Part shown: positions 47,322 through 60,073 of the stretch, piece after piece | Position numbering within the stretch: the first letter of the stretch is position 1 | Layout of the letters: the number at the start of each line of letters is the position of its first letter | Source of the DNA: Mobula hypostoma | Taxonomy: Eukaryota | NCBI RefSeq assembly: GCF_963921235.1 | Contig: NC_086098.1 | Coordinates: 8,680,001 to 8,744,000 of the forward strand | Length of the DNA stretch: 64,000 nt | Direction of reading: 5' to 3' | The notes under the pieces: model-generated | Told to the model about the DNA's origin: nothing | Seen by the model: only the letters and a program-made list of their open reading frames with translations | Databases searched by the model: none | Program-made: the position numbers and the translations under genes

Positions 47322-47399
47322 TATGCATTACCATATACAACCCTGTGATTCATTTTATTGTGTAACTATTTACTATTTTATAGCACAGCAGCACAGAAC

Positions 47400-47640
47400 C
47401 AGAAACAGGGATTCACTTCCCACCGCTGCCTGTAAAGAGTTTGTACATTCTCCCCGTGACCAAGTGGGTTTCCTCTGGGTGCTCTGGTTCCCTCCCACAG
47501 TCCAAAGATGTACCAGTTGGTAGGTAAATTAGTCATGGTAAATTGTCCCATGATTAAGCTAGGATTAAATCAGCGAATGCTGGGAGGCGCGGCTCAAAGG
47601 GCGTGAAATGCCTATTCTGCACTGTATCTCAATAAAATAT
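47400..47640 (+). mobile_element. V-SINE (HE1-like); further degraded copies at ~58680-58890, ~59370-59830, ~60170-60220, ~62140-62215 and ~51000-51230 (-)
   Basis: Conserved V-domain core gtgggtttcctctgggtgctctggtt..ctcccacagtccaaa. Confidence 0.75.
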
Positions 47641-48361
47641 AAATAGAATCAATGCACAACTGCCAGACCAGGGCTTTCAAACTAGAGTGCAGAAGACAAC
47701 AAACTGCAAATGCAAAAAGAAGAAACAAGAATATAAAGGAATTGCAATAGATATCAAGAACATGAGATGAAGAGTCCTTGAAAGTGAGTCTATTGATTCT
47801 GGGAACATTTCAATAATGATTTTGCTTAAGGGAAATTACATGCTGCAGATTGCAATCAGAGCAGTTCAAAAGAGGTATATTTAAAAGAATCTTTGGAACA
47901 ATTTTCTGCAGCAAGCCCAGAGAACATTGCCGAAGATCATTGGCACCATCGTGGTCAAACCATGGTCATGGTCATGTTGAACTCGTGGAGGCATAACTAG
48001 GAGTTTATAAAGGTTTATAATGCTTCGTTGCTTTTGCACTCCAAACGTCTATGTACTTAGCCTTTGTTCTCTTTATTGTTATTGGCAAAAGGCATATTCA
48101 CCTGGTATATTGGAATGGATATTTTTAAAGTTCAAAGTAAATTTATTATCAAAGTACTTGTATGTCACCATATACAACCCTAAGATTCATTTTCTTGTGG
48201 GCATATTCAACATATCTATAGAGTAGTAACTATAACTGAATCAATAAACGACTGCCCAACAAGAGCATTTAACCAGAGCGCAAAAGACAACAAACTGTGC
48301 AAATGCAAATAGAATGGAAAAGTGTGTACGGAACCGGAGGAAACGGCGGAGGTACTTAATG

Positions 48362-48422
48362 CAACATACATCAAAGTTGCTGGTGAACGCGAATTTCCAG
48401 CATCTGCAGAATTCCTGTTGTT
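48362..48422 (+). mobile_element. 61-bp Penelope pLTR fold-back mini-insertion
   Basis: 13-bp TSD gaggtacttaatg at 48349-48361 and 48423-48435. An inverted arm caacatacatcaaagttgctggtgaacgc is joined to the direct tail gaatttccagcatctgcagaattcctgttgtt. Confidence 0.92.
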
Positions 48423-49198
48423 GAGGTACTTAATGAATACTTTGCTTCAGTATTCACTACAGGAAAGGATCTTGGCGATTGTAGAGATGAATTGCAGTGT
48501 ACTGAAAAGCTTGCGAATGTAGATATTAAGAAAGAGGATGGGCTGGAGTTTTTGGAAAGCATCAAGTTGGATAAATCACCGGACCAGACGGGATGTACCC
48601 CAGGCTATTTTGGGAAGCGAGGGAGGAGATTGCTGAGCCTCTGGCAATGATCTTTGCATCACCAATGAGGACGGGAGAGGTTCCAGAGGATTGGAGGGTT
48701 GCAGATGTTGTTCCCTTATTCATGAAAGGGAGTAGAGATAACCCAGGAAATTATAGGCCAGTGAGTCTTACTTAGGTGGTTGGTAAGTTGATGGAGAAGA
48801 TCCTGAGAGGCAGGATTTATGAACGTTTGGAGAGGCATAACATGATTAAGAATAGTCAGCATGGCTTTGTCAAAGGCAGGTCGTGTCTTACGAGCCTGAT
48901 TGAGTTTTTTGAGGATGTGGCTAAGCACATTGATGAAAGTAGAGCCACAGATGTAGTGTATAGCAAAGCATTTGATAAGGTACCCCATGCAAGGCTTATT
49001 GAGAAAGTAAGGAGGCATGGGATCCAAGGAGGCATTGCTTTGTGGATCCATAACTGACTTCCCACAGAAGGCAAAGAGTGGTTGTAGACGGGTCATATTC
49101 TGCATGGAGGCTGGTGACCAGTGGTGTGCCTTAGGGGTCTGTTCTAGGACCCCTACTCTTTGTGATTTTTATAAATGACCTGGATGAGGAAGTGGAGG

Positions 49199-49371
49199 CA
49201 ACACACATCAAAGTTGCTGGTGAACGCAGCAGGCCAGGCAGCATCTGTAGGAAGAGGTGCAGTCGACGTCGACTGCACCTCTTCCTACAGATGCTGCCTG
49301 GCCTGCTGCGTTCACCAACAACTTTGATGTGTGTTGCTTGAATTTCCAGCATCTGCAGAATTCCTGTTGTT
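49199..49371 (+). mobile_element. 173-bp Penelope pLTR fold-back insertion containing a 140-bp palindrome
   Basis: 14-bp TSD tgaggaagtggagg at 49185-49198 and 49372-49385. Palindrome 49198-49337 with one mismatch, centred on gtcgac|gtcgac. Confidence 0.95.
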
Positions 49372-52104
49372 TGAGGAAGTGGAGGGATGGGTTAGTAAAT
49401 TTGCTGATGACACAAAGGTTGGGTGTATTGTGGATAGTGTGGAGGGATGTCAGAGGTTACAACAGGACATTGATAGGATGCAAAACTGGGCTGAGAAGTG
49501 GCAGATGGGTTCAACACAGATAAGTGTGAGATGGTTCATCTTGTTAGGTAAAATATGATGGCAGAATATATTATTAATGGTAAGACTCTTGGCAGTGTGG
49601 AGGATGAGAGGGATCTTGGGGTCCGAGTTCATAGGACACTCAAAGCTGCTACGCAGGTTGACTCTGTGGTTAAGAAGGCATATGGTGCATTGGCCTTCAT
49701 CAATCATGGGATTGAGTTTAAGAGCCAAGAGGTAATGTTGCAGCTATATAGAACCTGGTCAGACCACACTTGCGGAGTACTGTGCTCAAATCAGGTCACC
49801 TCACTATAGGAAGGACGTTGAAACCATAGAAAGGGTGCAGAGGAGATTTTCAAGGATGTTGCCTGGATTGGGGAGCGTGTCTTATGAGAATAGGTTGAGT
49901 GAACTCGGCCTTTTCTGCTGGAGCAACGGAGGATGAGAGGTTACCTGACAGAGGTGTACAAGATAATGAGAGGCATTGATCGTGTGGATAGTCAGAACCT
50001 TTTCCCCAGGGCTGAAATAGCTAGCACGAGAGGGCATAGATTTAAGGTGCTTGGAAGTAGGTACAGAGGAGGTATCGGGTAAGTTTTTCACACAGAGAGC
50101 GGTGAATGCGTGGAATGGGCTGCCGGTGGTGGTGGTGGAGGCGGAAACGATAGGGTCTTTTAAGAGACTCCTGGATGGCTACATGGAGCTTAGAAGAATA
50201 GAGAGCTATGGGTAAAGCCTAGGTAGTTCTAAGGTAAGGACCTGTTCGGCACAGCTTTGTGGGCCGAAGAGCCTGTATTGCGCTGTATGTTCCTATTATT
50301 AAATATCAAATACTAACGAGCACATGATATAATGAGACTTGTTTCTGGCTAGCAAGAAACAAAATAGGCATATATGAGTCTTTTTCATTTGGCAAGGTGT
50401 AAAAAGCACTGTGCCATTAGGGTACGAAAGTAGTGCGGAGCCACAACTACAGCTGTGACCTTAATGTGGAAAACTTGAGAGAATGACTTATCAATCCGTG
50501 CTATTTCCTTTATTTATTATGTTATCAATGATTATCGATGTCTGTCACCTTCCTTTGGTACTCAGTTGTCTTGCCACAGTTCTCAAAGTTTTAAAACCTT
50601 ATGGAAGAAGAAAGAGTAAGGCAGAAACATTCCATTCCATGCATTGCACTCAATATCACAGAGTGTTGTGAGTCTAGAAAGTACAGAGATGACAGTGAAA
50701 AGGAAATTAGAAAAGCTGAAAATGATGGCTGAAGGGAAGTTCAAAGCTGTTTTATAAATGTACAAAACTCCAATAGGTACTGTTCATCCTCCGACTCTGT
50801 GTGAGATTCTTCCAGGTGTCTGATATCCTCCCATATCCGAAGGATGATTAGATTAGGAGATTAAGGGTAATTTACAGAGCCCAATTAAAGTTTAGATGAG
50901 TGGCAGAATCTGGTGCTCGGGTGAAGGTCAGGGGAATAAAATAGGATTAGTGTTTGTGGTGCATGGTAGTTGGTGCAGTCTTGAAGGGTAAGTTTTATTA
51001 TTTATTTATTTATTTTGTTTTATTTAGAGATTCTGCACAAATCAGGCTCTTCCGCCCCAGCGAGCTGCACCATCAGCAACCCATCTATTTAACCCTAGCA
51101 TAATCACAGGACAATTTACAATGACCAATTAACCTACTAACTGGTATGTTTTTGGACTGAGACAAAACCGGAGCACTCAGGGAAAACCCATGCAGTTACA
51201 GGGAGAACGTACAAACTCCTTACAAAAGGTACAGAATTGAACTTCGAACTCTGACAGTTGAGTAAATAAAAACTCTGTTTCTAAAGAGAGATGAGCTGCA
51301 TCACAGCCTCATCAGCACAATACTCTGTATTACCACTAGGTGGACCACGTGAAAGGGAAATGCTTCCATTCAAGATTCAAGATAGTTTAATGTCGTTTCC
51401 AGTACACAAGTGTAAGGGAGAACAAAATAATTGATACTCCAGATCCGAGACAACATTAAAAAACAGTAAGATAAAGAACTCAATAATTTGAAAGAAACAC
51501 GATAAATATAATACATAAAATAGCTTATATTCATAGATTGTATGTTCATAAAATGACTCTGGGCACAGAAGTGTCTATACGTAAGATGACTCTGACAGGA
51601 AATGATCAAGTAGCGTGGTGGGGTGGGTTAGTGGGTGGAGGTGTTGATCAGCCCTACTGCTTGCGGATAGTAACCATTTTTTTGAGCCTGCTGATTCTGG
51701 TGTGGATGCTCCTTGATAGGAGTAGGACAAACAATCCATGAGGCAGGGTGGGGGGATGTTACTGGCCCTTTTCCAGCACCTTTCTGTATATATGTCCTTA
51801 ATGGTGGGTAGCCTCGGCCAGCAATACATCTGGCAGTTTTCAATATACATTGTGGAGCTTTCCTATCGACTCGTGCAGTTTCCGTACCATGCAGTGATGC
51901 AGTATGGAGTGAGATGTTTTCATTTTTTAAAAAAAAACTTTTGATTCCAAACTGGCAATTTAGATGGAAGGAATTTTAGCTGTATTTTAACATGTCATAA
52001 TTGCTGGAGAAACAGTAATTTTCTTCAGTTTACTAATTCATTTTGGACCACTGCAGATTTGTATAGTGTCTGGTTTAGCCACTGACCATTCCTAATCAAG
52101 CCTT

Positions 52105-53020
52105 TGATTACTGGAGAAACTCAGCAGGCCAGGCAGCATCTACGGAGGAAAAAGTCGTCAAAAGTTTGAACCAAGGCCCTTCATCAGGATTGGAAAGGAA
52201 GCGGACAGGAACCAAAAATAAAAGAAGAGGGGGAGGAGCAGGAGCTAGCAGGTGATGGGTGACTCCAAGTGAGAGAGGATAAATGGGATATGGGAAAATG
52301 GGGATAAGAGAATGCTTGTGGCCCTGTTTCCTCTTCTCATTCCCCATACCCTCTCTCATCACCTGCTTATTATGTCTGGTTCTCCATTCCTTCCCTTTGT
52401 TCCGTGATCGCCTATCCTCTCCTATCAGATTGCTGTTCTTCAGCACGTTGCTCTCCCTACCTATCACCTCTCAGCTTCTCACACAACATAACTTTGTGGA
52501 TTTCCTTAACAATATGCTGAAAGGAGAAGAAGAATGCGCATTTAGCATTCATTTTCAGCTTTAAATCTGAATGTGTGTTAAGATGAAAAATGTCAATTTT
52601 AATAGAAAGAAATGCACACGAAATGCTGGAGGAACTCAGCAGGTCAGCCAGCATCAATAGAGAGGAATAAACAGTTAACGTTTTGGGCTGGGACCCTTCA
52701 TGAAGAACTGAAGAGGAAGGTGGAGGAAACCTAAATAAGAATGGGGACAGGGGAAGGTGTACATGCTGGCAGGTAAGACCAGGTGAAGGGGAAGTTACTC
52801 CTTATTAGCTGCTAGCTTATCCTCTTTTTCCTCTCTTTTCCCACCGCCCTCACTTTCTTGTTCCGACGACTTCTCGCTTCCTCTCCTTAATGAAGAATAT
52901 CAGTCTGAAACGTCAACTGTTTATTCATTTCAGCAGATGCTGCCTGACCTGTTGAGTTCCTGCAGCAATTTATGTGCATCCCTCAAGATTTCCAGCATTT
53001 GTGGAATTTCCTGAGTTTGT
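52105..53020. mobile_element. Two old Penelope pLTR inverted-repeat remnants (~52108-52480 and ~52610-53020)
   Basis: Each starts with a - strand pLTR (ctggag.aactcagcagg...gcagcatc) and switches to a + strand pLTR; hammerhead cores are degenerate. Another remnant lies at ~60908-61000. Confidence 0.7.
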
Positions 53021-54058
53021 AGTTTTAATAAAGAATCCGAGTGTTCTCATTAACTGAAAAGCAAGAGTAGATATGTTGTGGCAATTGAGATTTAACAGGA
53101 ATTAGAGACATAGAATTCTATGTTATGTTATAAAATTAGCAAATACATTTGCTGTAGGGTAACGTTGTGACATTGGCTTTTTAATAGAAAATTGAAAATG
53201 TTGTGAAATGTCCTAAAAATAGAGGAAAGGTGTTTTTTATTCTCTGCTTCTGTAACAGGTTGCTCCCTTTTACATTATGGTTTTCCTTGAAGACTATGGT
53301 ACAATAGCTGCGTACTTAGTCGCAGCACCGCTCCAGGTCCAACAAATGGTGCAAATGTTTATCTTAAATAATTTTCTTGTGACAATGGTAATACAAAATA
53401 TTGTAAATCCAGTTCATTAGTTAATTGGCGAGACCAACAGCAGAGGAGCTGTGTGGCTTTGGGTTGTTGCGCGGACGAGGGTCCTCATTCCACGGCGTCA
53501 ACTGTGCAGCCAGCCAGAGGTGCTGTGGGAGAGAACAGATGTCTGGCAGGAATGCTGGAAGCCATGCTGTGTTGGGGGCTTGTCCCTATAGGCTGACCCT
53601 CTCATTGGTGCTACTCTCCACTGTTTGGTCCCTGGAGACAAGCTGGATTGCCTTTGCCAGCGGCTGACCCAGAGTGAGATGAGGAACTGCTGCATGCTTG
53701 GTCTTGCAGAAACGTGGCTCCAGGACAACATCCAATACACCGTCAATCATCAGGCTGTGCCACTCAGGAACTTGTGCTAATATTATTTTGTGATTGTATG
53801 TGCTATTGTAACTATATGTTCAGTGTGTGTGACTGTTTGTACTGTGTTTATACCTTGGTCCCAGAGGAATGATGTGCCATTTAACTGTATACATCTATAT
53901 TGTTGATTGACACTTGAACTTGAACCCTTTCCTCTGAAAGCATCCTGATTATCTCTTCGCAAACGCGAGGAAATCTGCAGATGCTGGAACTTCAAGCAAC
54001 ACACATAAAAGTTGCTGGTGAACTCAGCAGGCCAGGCAGCATCTCTAGGAAGAGGTAC

Positions 54059-54094
54059 AGTCGACGTTTCGGGGCGAGACCCTTCGTCAGGACT
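54059..54094 (-). ncRNA. Minimal hammerhead ribozyme, intact core
   Basis: On the - strand: agtc-CTGACGA-a-ggg(tctcgc)ccc-GAAA-cg-TC-gact. Confidence 0.8.
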
Positions 54095-56508
54095 AACTAA
54101 AGGAAGAGCTAGTAAGAGATTTAAAAGTGGGAGGAGGAGGGGGAGATACAAAATGATAGGAGAAGACAGGAGGGGGAGGGATGGAGCCAAGAGCTGGACA
54201 GGTGATTGGCAAAAGGGATATGAGAGGATCATGGGACAGGAGGCCCAGGGAGAAGGAAAAGGGGGAGGGGGGAAAAGCCCAGAGGATGGGCAAGGGGTAT
54301 AGTCAGAGGGTCAGAGGGAGAAAAAGGAGTCAGAGAGAAAGAATGTGTGTATATAAATAAATAACGGATGGGGTACGAGGGAGAGGTGGGGCATTAGCGG
54401 AAGTTAGAGAAGTCAATGTTCATGCCGTCAGGTTGGAGGCTACCCAGACGGAATATAAGGTGTTGTTCCTCCAACCTGAGTGTGGCTTCACCTTTACAGA
54501 AGAGGAGGCCGTGGACAGACATATCAGAATGGGAATGGGACGTGGAATTAAAATGTGCGGACACTGGGAGATCCTGCTTTCTCTGGCGGACAGAGCATAG
54601 GTGTTCAGCGAAACGATCTTCCAGTCTGCGTCGGGTCTCGCCAATATATATAAGGCCACATCGGGAGCACCGGACGCAGTATATCACCCCAGCCGACTCA
54701 CAGGTGAAGTGTCGCCTCACCTGGAAGGACTGTCTGGGTCCCTGAATGGTGGTGAGGGAGGAAGTGTAAGGGCAGGTGTAGCACTTGTTCCGCTTACAAG
54801 GATAAGTGCCAGGAGGGAGATCGGTGGGGAGGGATGGGTGGGACGAATGGACAAGGGAGTCGCGTAGGGAGCGATCCCTATGGAAAGCAGAGGCGGGGGA
54901 GGGAAAGATGTGCTTAGTGGTGGGATCCTGTTGGAAGTGGCGGAAGTTACGGAGGATAATATGTTGGACCCGGAGGCTGGTGGGGTGGTAGGTGAGGACA
55001 AGGGGAACCCTATTCCTAGTGGGGTGGCGGGAGGATGGAGTGAAAGCAGATGTGCATGAAATGGGGGAGATGCGTTTGAGAGCAGAGTTGATGGTGGAGG
55101 AAGGGAAGCCCCTTTCTTTAAAAAAGGAGGACATCTCCCTCGTCCTGGAATGAAAAGCCTCATCCTGAGAACAGATGCGGTGGAGACGGAGGAATTGCGA
55201 GAAGGGGATGGCATTTTTGCAAGAGTCAGGGTGAGAAGAGGAATAGTCCAGATAGCTGTGAGAGTCAGTAGGCTTATAGTAGACATCAGTAGATAAGCTG
55301 TCTCCAGAGACAGAGACAGAAAGATCTAGAAAGGGGAGGGAGGTGTCAGAAATGCACCAGGTAAACTTGAGGGCAGGGTGAAAGTTGGTGGCAAAGTTAA
55401 TGAAGTCAACGAGCTCAGCATGCGTGCAGGAAGCAGCGCCAATGCAGTCGTCGATGTAGCAAAGGAAAAGTGGGGAACAGATACCAGAATGTGTTTGGAA
55501 CATAGATTGTTCCACAAAGCCAACAAAAAGGCAGGCATAGCTAGGACCCATACAGGTGCCCATAGCTGCACCTTTAGTTTGGAGGAAGTGGGAGGAGCTA
55601 AAGGAGAAATTATTGAGAGTAAGGACTAATTATGCTAGATGGAGCAGGGTGGTGGTAGAGGGGAACTGGTTAGGTCTGGAATCCAAAAAGAAGTGGAGAG
55701 CTTTGAGACCTTCCTGATGGGGGATGGAAGTATATAGGGACTGGACATCCATGGTGAAAATAAAGCAGTGGGGGTCAGGGAACTTAAAATCACCGAAAAG
55801 TTTCAGAGCGTGAGAAGTATCACAAACATAGGTAGGAAGGGATTGAACAAGGGAGGATAAAACCATGTCAAGGTATGCAGAAATGAATTCGGTGAGGCAG
55901 GAGCAAGCTGAGACAATAGGTCTACCAGGACAGGCAGGTTTGTGGATCTTGGGTAGGAGGTAGAAACGGGAAGTGCGGGGTGTGGGAACTGTAAGGTTGG
56001 TAGCAGTGGATGGGAGATCCCCTGAGCGGATAAAGTCAGTGATGATGTGGGAGACAATGGCCTGGTGCTCCTTAGTGGGGTTACGATGGAGGGGTAAATA
56101 ACAGGAGGTATCTGCGAGTTGTTGCTGTGCCTCGGCAAGGTAGAGGTCAGCACGCCAGACTACAACAGCACCCCCCTTTTCGGCCGGTTTAATAGTAAGG
56201 TTAGGATTAGTGCAGAGGGAGTGGAGAGCAGAGAGTTCAGAAGGAGTGAAGTTGGAATGGGAACAAGGTGCGGTGAAGTCGAGACTGTTGATGTCCCGTC
56301 GGCAGTTACTCCTTGCCCATCCACTGGGTTTTTCCCCCCTCCCCCTTTTCTTTCTCCCAGACCTCCTGTCCTATGATCCTCTCATATCCCTTTTGCCAAT
56401 CAGCTGTCCAGCTCTTGGTTCTATCCCCCCACCCCCATGTCTTCTATCATTTTGGATCTCCCCCTCCTCCTCCCACTTTCAAATCTCTTACTAGCGCTTC
56501 TTTCAGTT

Positions 56509-56544
56509 AGTCCTGACAAAGGGTCTCGGCCCGAAACGTCAACT
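56509..56544 (+). ncRNA. Minimal hammerhead ribozyme, probably inactive
   Basis: The core reads CTGACAA (conserved G8 lost) and the stem I 3' arm reads aact instead of gact. Confidence 0.6.
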
Positions 56545-56904
56545 GTACCTCTTCCTATAGATGCTGCCTGGCCTGCTGCGTTCACCAGCAACTTTTATGT
56601 GTGTTGCCTGATTATCTCTTGAAAGTCTTTGTAATATTTGATCTTCTATGTTAAATTATTCTGCTTATTATAAGTATCATATCAGACTAGTTCCTTCTAG
56701 GTGGAGTAATGGTTTGAGCATTCTGAACAAATAAGACTCTTTTTGAATTCTGATGCTACTGTTTGTATTTGTAGCTGCCAATATCAAGATAATCTTAGCT
56801 TGTTTTATGTTATTTGGGTATATTGCAAACATTGAATTAAAGTTGATAGATGGTTGAAAAGAATATTTGTCAATAATATTTCTTGATGAACCTCTAATTT
56901 TCAG

Positions 56905-57043
56905 TGCTACATGGAGCTGAACCCTTACCATATTACACTGCTGCCCATGCAATGAATTGGTGTTTACAGTGTGCACAAGGAGTGGCATACCTACATGGCA
57001 TGAAACCCAAGGCTTTAATCCACAGGGACCTCAAACCACCAAA
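56905..57043 (+). CDS. MAP3K7: MAP3K7 coding exon 5, 139 nt
   Basis: Acceptor tttcag|, donor |gtagg. Translates to (V)[45 protein letters not shown](N), containing the HRDLKPPN catalytic loop; phase matches exon 4. Confidence 0.97.
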
Positions 57044-57237
57044 GTAGGTTCTTTCTTAATAAATTGAAGAACAGCAGTTAATATAGACTGTATCAATGGA
57101 AAACATGATGAATTTTGGGTGCAAGTTTAAGATTGGAGCTAATGTAGATTGGAAAGATTTTTGGTCATTAATAAGTTATCATTTGTGTTACTGGAAATGC
57201 TTAATGTTGAAACGAAATCCTCTTTTATTTGCTACTG

Positions 57238-57969
57238 TGTGGAAAAGAGTTTTCTAGAGTTGGCGGGCTCTCTCAAAACAGAGCTCAGGTTTCCTATAAT
57301 TCCTCTCGAATGACCAAGTCAGCAATAAAAAACACATCCTCACATTTAGTTTGATGAAGCAACTTTATTTAACTCTTAACTAAAATAATGAAGAAATTAG
57401 TAACTCAAGCAATTTTGTTCAGCTCTTAATTACAGCTCTAATTCAACTTGTACTTAAACAGTTACAAATTTAGCCTTAATTCAACTAAAAGAGCAAAACT
57501 CAGACTGCTTTATTTGATCCTTCACTAATAAATCAAGTTCAAAGTTGCACGCAGTTCATGTTAATTGGTGGTAAGCATTACGAATTATCAGCGTTGCCTG
57601 TATATTTTTAACCACTCAGTCTTTAGCCACCGGGGAACCCCAACATTTCAACAATACATCGAGGTTGTCAAGCCCTGTTTGCGATCCAATCCACGGAGAA
57701 ACTCCAAAAATCCCTTGAAACAACCTTACTATTATATTGTTTAGGAGTTTCCTTATCTCTCCTTAAAGTAAGTAACGACTCCATATAAGACAAGACCCCG
57801 ATACACAATTTACTGGAAACTACCAAACAATTTCCAATAATTGGCCTAAGACGGGCCTACCTGTATAACCACAGCCTAAAGCTAAATTTGAGTCAGCCAT
57901 CTTGTCAACATGTTCAGCTATTTTATAACTGTTGCTACAGGCAAGTCACAACTAATTCATCTTACTACA
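57238..57969 (-). mobile_element. Possible solo LTR in MAP3K7 intron 5
   Basis: Starts TGTGGAAAAG and ends CTTACTACA. On the - strand a TATA-like taaaaatata (~57610) precedes aataaa (~57369). No convincing TSD. Confidence 0.35.
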
Positions 57970-58480
57970 CGGAGAAATCCACTACAACCAAGGAAGATTG
58001 GTGCATGGTTCTCACAAAATCTCTATGCACACGTTTGACCAAAGCTAGTGCCCTATCTCAAGAATCAATCTATTGAATCTCAATTGTTCTGCCTCTATTT
58101 TAAATGTATCCTTGCATCAATGAAAGACAATATTCCAAATGTGGTCCTCAAAGAAATGGAGCAAGTCTGGATAGCAGAGAGGTACAGCTAGTAGATTCTC
58201 TGCCTCAAGGCAGTAAAAAACATGGTCTAGTGTCGCCTGTCCAACACTGAAAAGGAAGCATCTGATCATCTATCTCACTTTTGTTTATGGGATTCTGCAC
58301 CTATATGATTATATCGTTTGCCTGTATTGCTGTGACTGGATTTCCATTTGACATCATATGGCGACTACTTTTCCTTTTTTTTCGAACAATGTGAACTGTG
58401 GTGCCATGGTGTAATTTTTATATACTGGATATCCCTAAAAATAGATTACTGACATCGCATTTTTGTTTTTCCCAATGAAG

Positions 58481-58605
58481 CTTGCTGCTGGTTGCTGGCG
58501 GGACAGTTCTGAAGATCTGTGACTTTGGCACAGCCTGTGATATTCAAACTCACATGACCAACAACAAGGGAAGTGCCGCCTGGATGGCTCCAGAAGTTTT
58601 CGAAG
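58481..58605 (+). CDS. MAP3K7: MAP3K7 coding exon 6, 125 nt
   Basis: Acceptor gaag|, donor |gtaaa. Translates to [41 protein letters not shown] (DFG, activation loop, APE). Confidence 0.97.
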
Positions 58606-59902
58606 GTAAACATTTGAACGTTGCTTGGGACACCACTTCAGTTTCTCCTCTTGGCACAACTCAAAGACAGGATGCCACAGCACTATTACAGGTCGGGGTG
58701 TCAGATTTCGGAGTTCATGTACGGATTTGTACCTTCTTTCTGGGTGCACGTGGGTTTCCTCTGGGTGCTCTGGTTTCCTCCCACAGTCCAAAAGCACACT
58801 GGTTGGTAGGTTAATTGTCCTGTGGCTAGGGTTAAATAGGTGTGATGCTGGGTGGCACGGCTCAGTGCCTGTTTCGCACTGTATCTCTAAGTAATAAATA
58901 ACTCATGAATTAACTTTATTCATGATATATACTTATATGTGTTAGGAATTTGCTGTGGTGTGTTGGTGAAACATGCAACAAAAAAATGACAATATTCAAC
59001 AACTATACAGAATAATGAAGTATATAAAAATATAGTTAGAAGTACAGACATTGAATAAAATTTACATATATACCAGCATGTATTTACAACGTAAGCAGCA
59101 TTATAAAAAGTGATTTAAAGTATTTGAAGCATGACAAAGCATTTAATAATGACATAAAATCACTCAGCCCTGTATTGGACTGTTTGGGAGAGTATTTGGA
59201 TTAGTACGAAGGAGATTTTTATTTTTGTCAATGGTAACATACCTCACTTGATTAAAAAAAGATATATTTGGAAAATCTTTACTAAAGTTGGATTTTGAAG
59301 ATTGAGTTTAATGTGTAGAATTGATGGCTGTAGTATTCTGTAGTTGTGCAAAGGTTTTCCTTGAATGAAGGGGTGGCACTGTAATGCAGTTGTAGCACAG
59401 TGCTATTACAGCACAGGTGAACTGGGTTGGTTCAGTTCCGGCACTGACTGTACGTTCTCCCTGTCACCACGTGGGTTTCTTCTCGCTGCTAGGGTGTCTT
59501 CCCCCATTCCAAAGATGTACCGGTTAGTAGGTTAATAAATCATAATCAGTCCGGTTTAATATCACCGGCATATGGCGTGAAATTTGTTAACGGTAGCAGC
59601 AGTACAATGATAATATAGAAAAAAATAAATATGTCAATTACAGTAAATGTATATGTATATTAAGTAGTTAAATTTAAAATAGTGCAAAGACAGGAATAAT
59701 ATAATAAAAGATATTGCAGTAATGTTCATGGGTTCAATGTTTATTTAGGAATCACACGGGTGTAATTGGGCGACGTGGGCTTGTTGGGCCGGAAGAGCCT
59801 GTTAGTTTGTTGTATCTGTAACTAATATAAAGTAAAATAATAACTACTTCAAGCTTCAAAGTGTTTGCATTTTTTAAATTTAAATTTGTTGTGGCTTGTT
59901 GA

Positions 59903-60073
<171 letters not shown>

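Larger units (their letters stand above)
48310..50295 (+). mobile_element. CR1 ORF2 RT to 3' end, degraded, carrying two Penelope mini-insertions
   Basis: NYRPVSLT, SQHGFVKGRSCLTSL, KFADDTK and the CR1 3' UTR. Confidence 0.92.
53958..56606 (-). mobile_element. 5'-truncated Penelope-like element with inverted pLTR (56307-56606)
   Basis: ORF 54394..55563 (RT C-terminus plus GIY-YIG) is closely similar to the 21587 ORF, with stops upstream. 14-bp TSD cctgattatctctt at 53944-53957 and 56607-56620. Confidence 0.95.

Noticed and set aside
58482..58814. 110-aa ORF as a stand-alone small kinase-like gene
   Set aside because: Only 58481-58605 is MAP3K7 exon 6; the rest is read-through into intron and V-SINE sequence past a GT donor.
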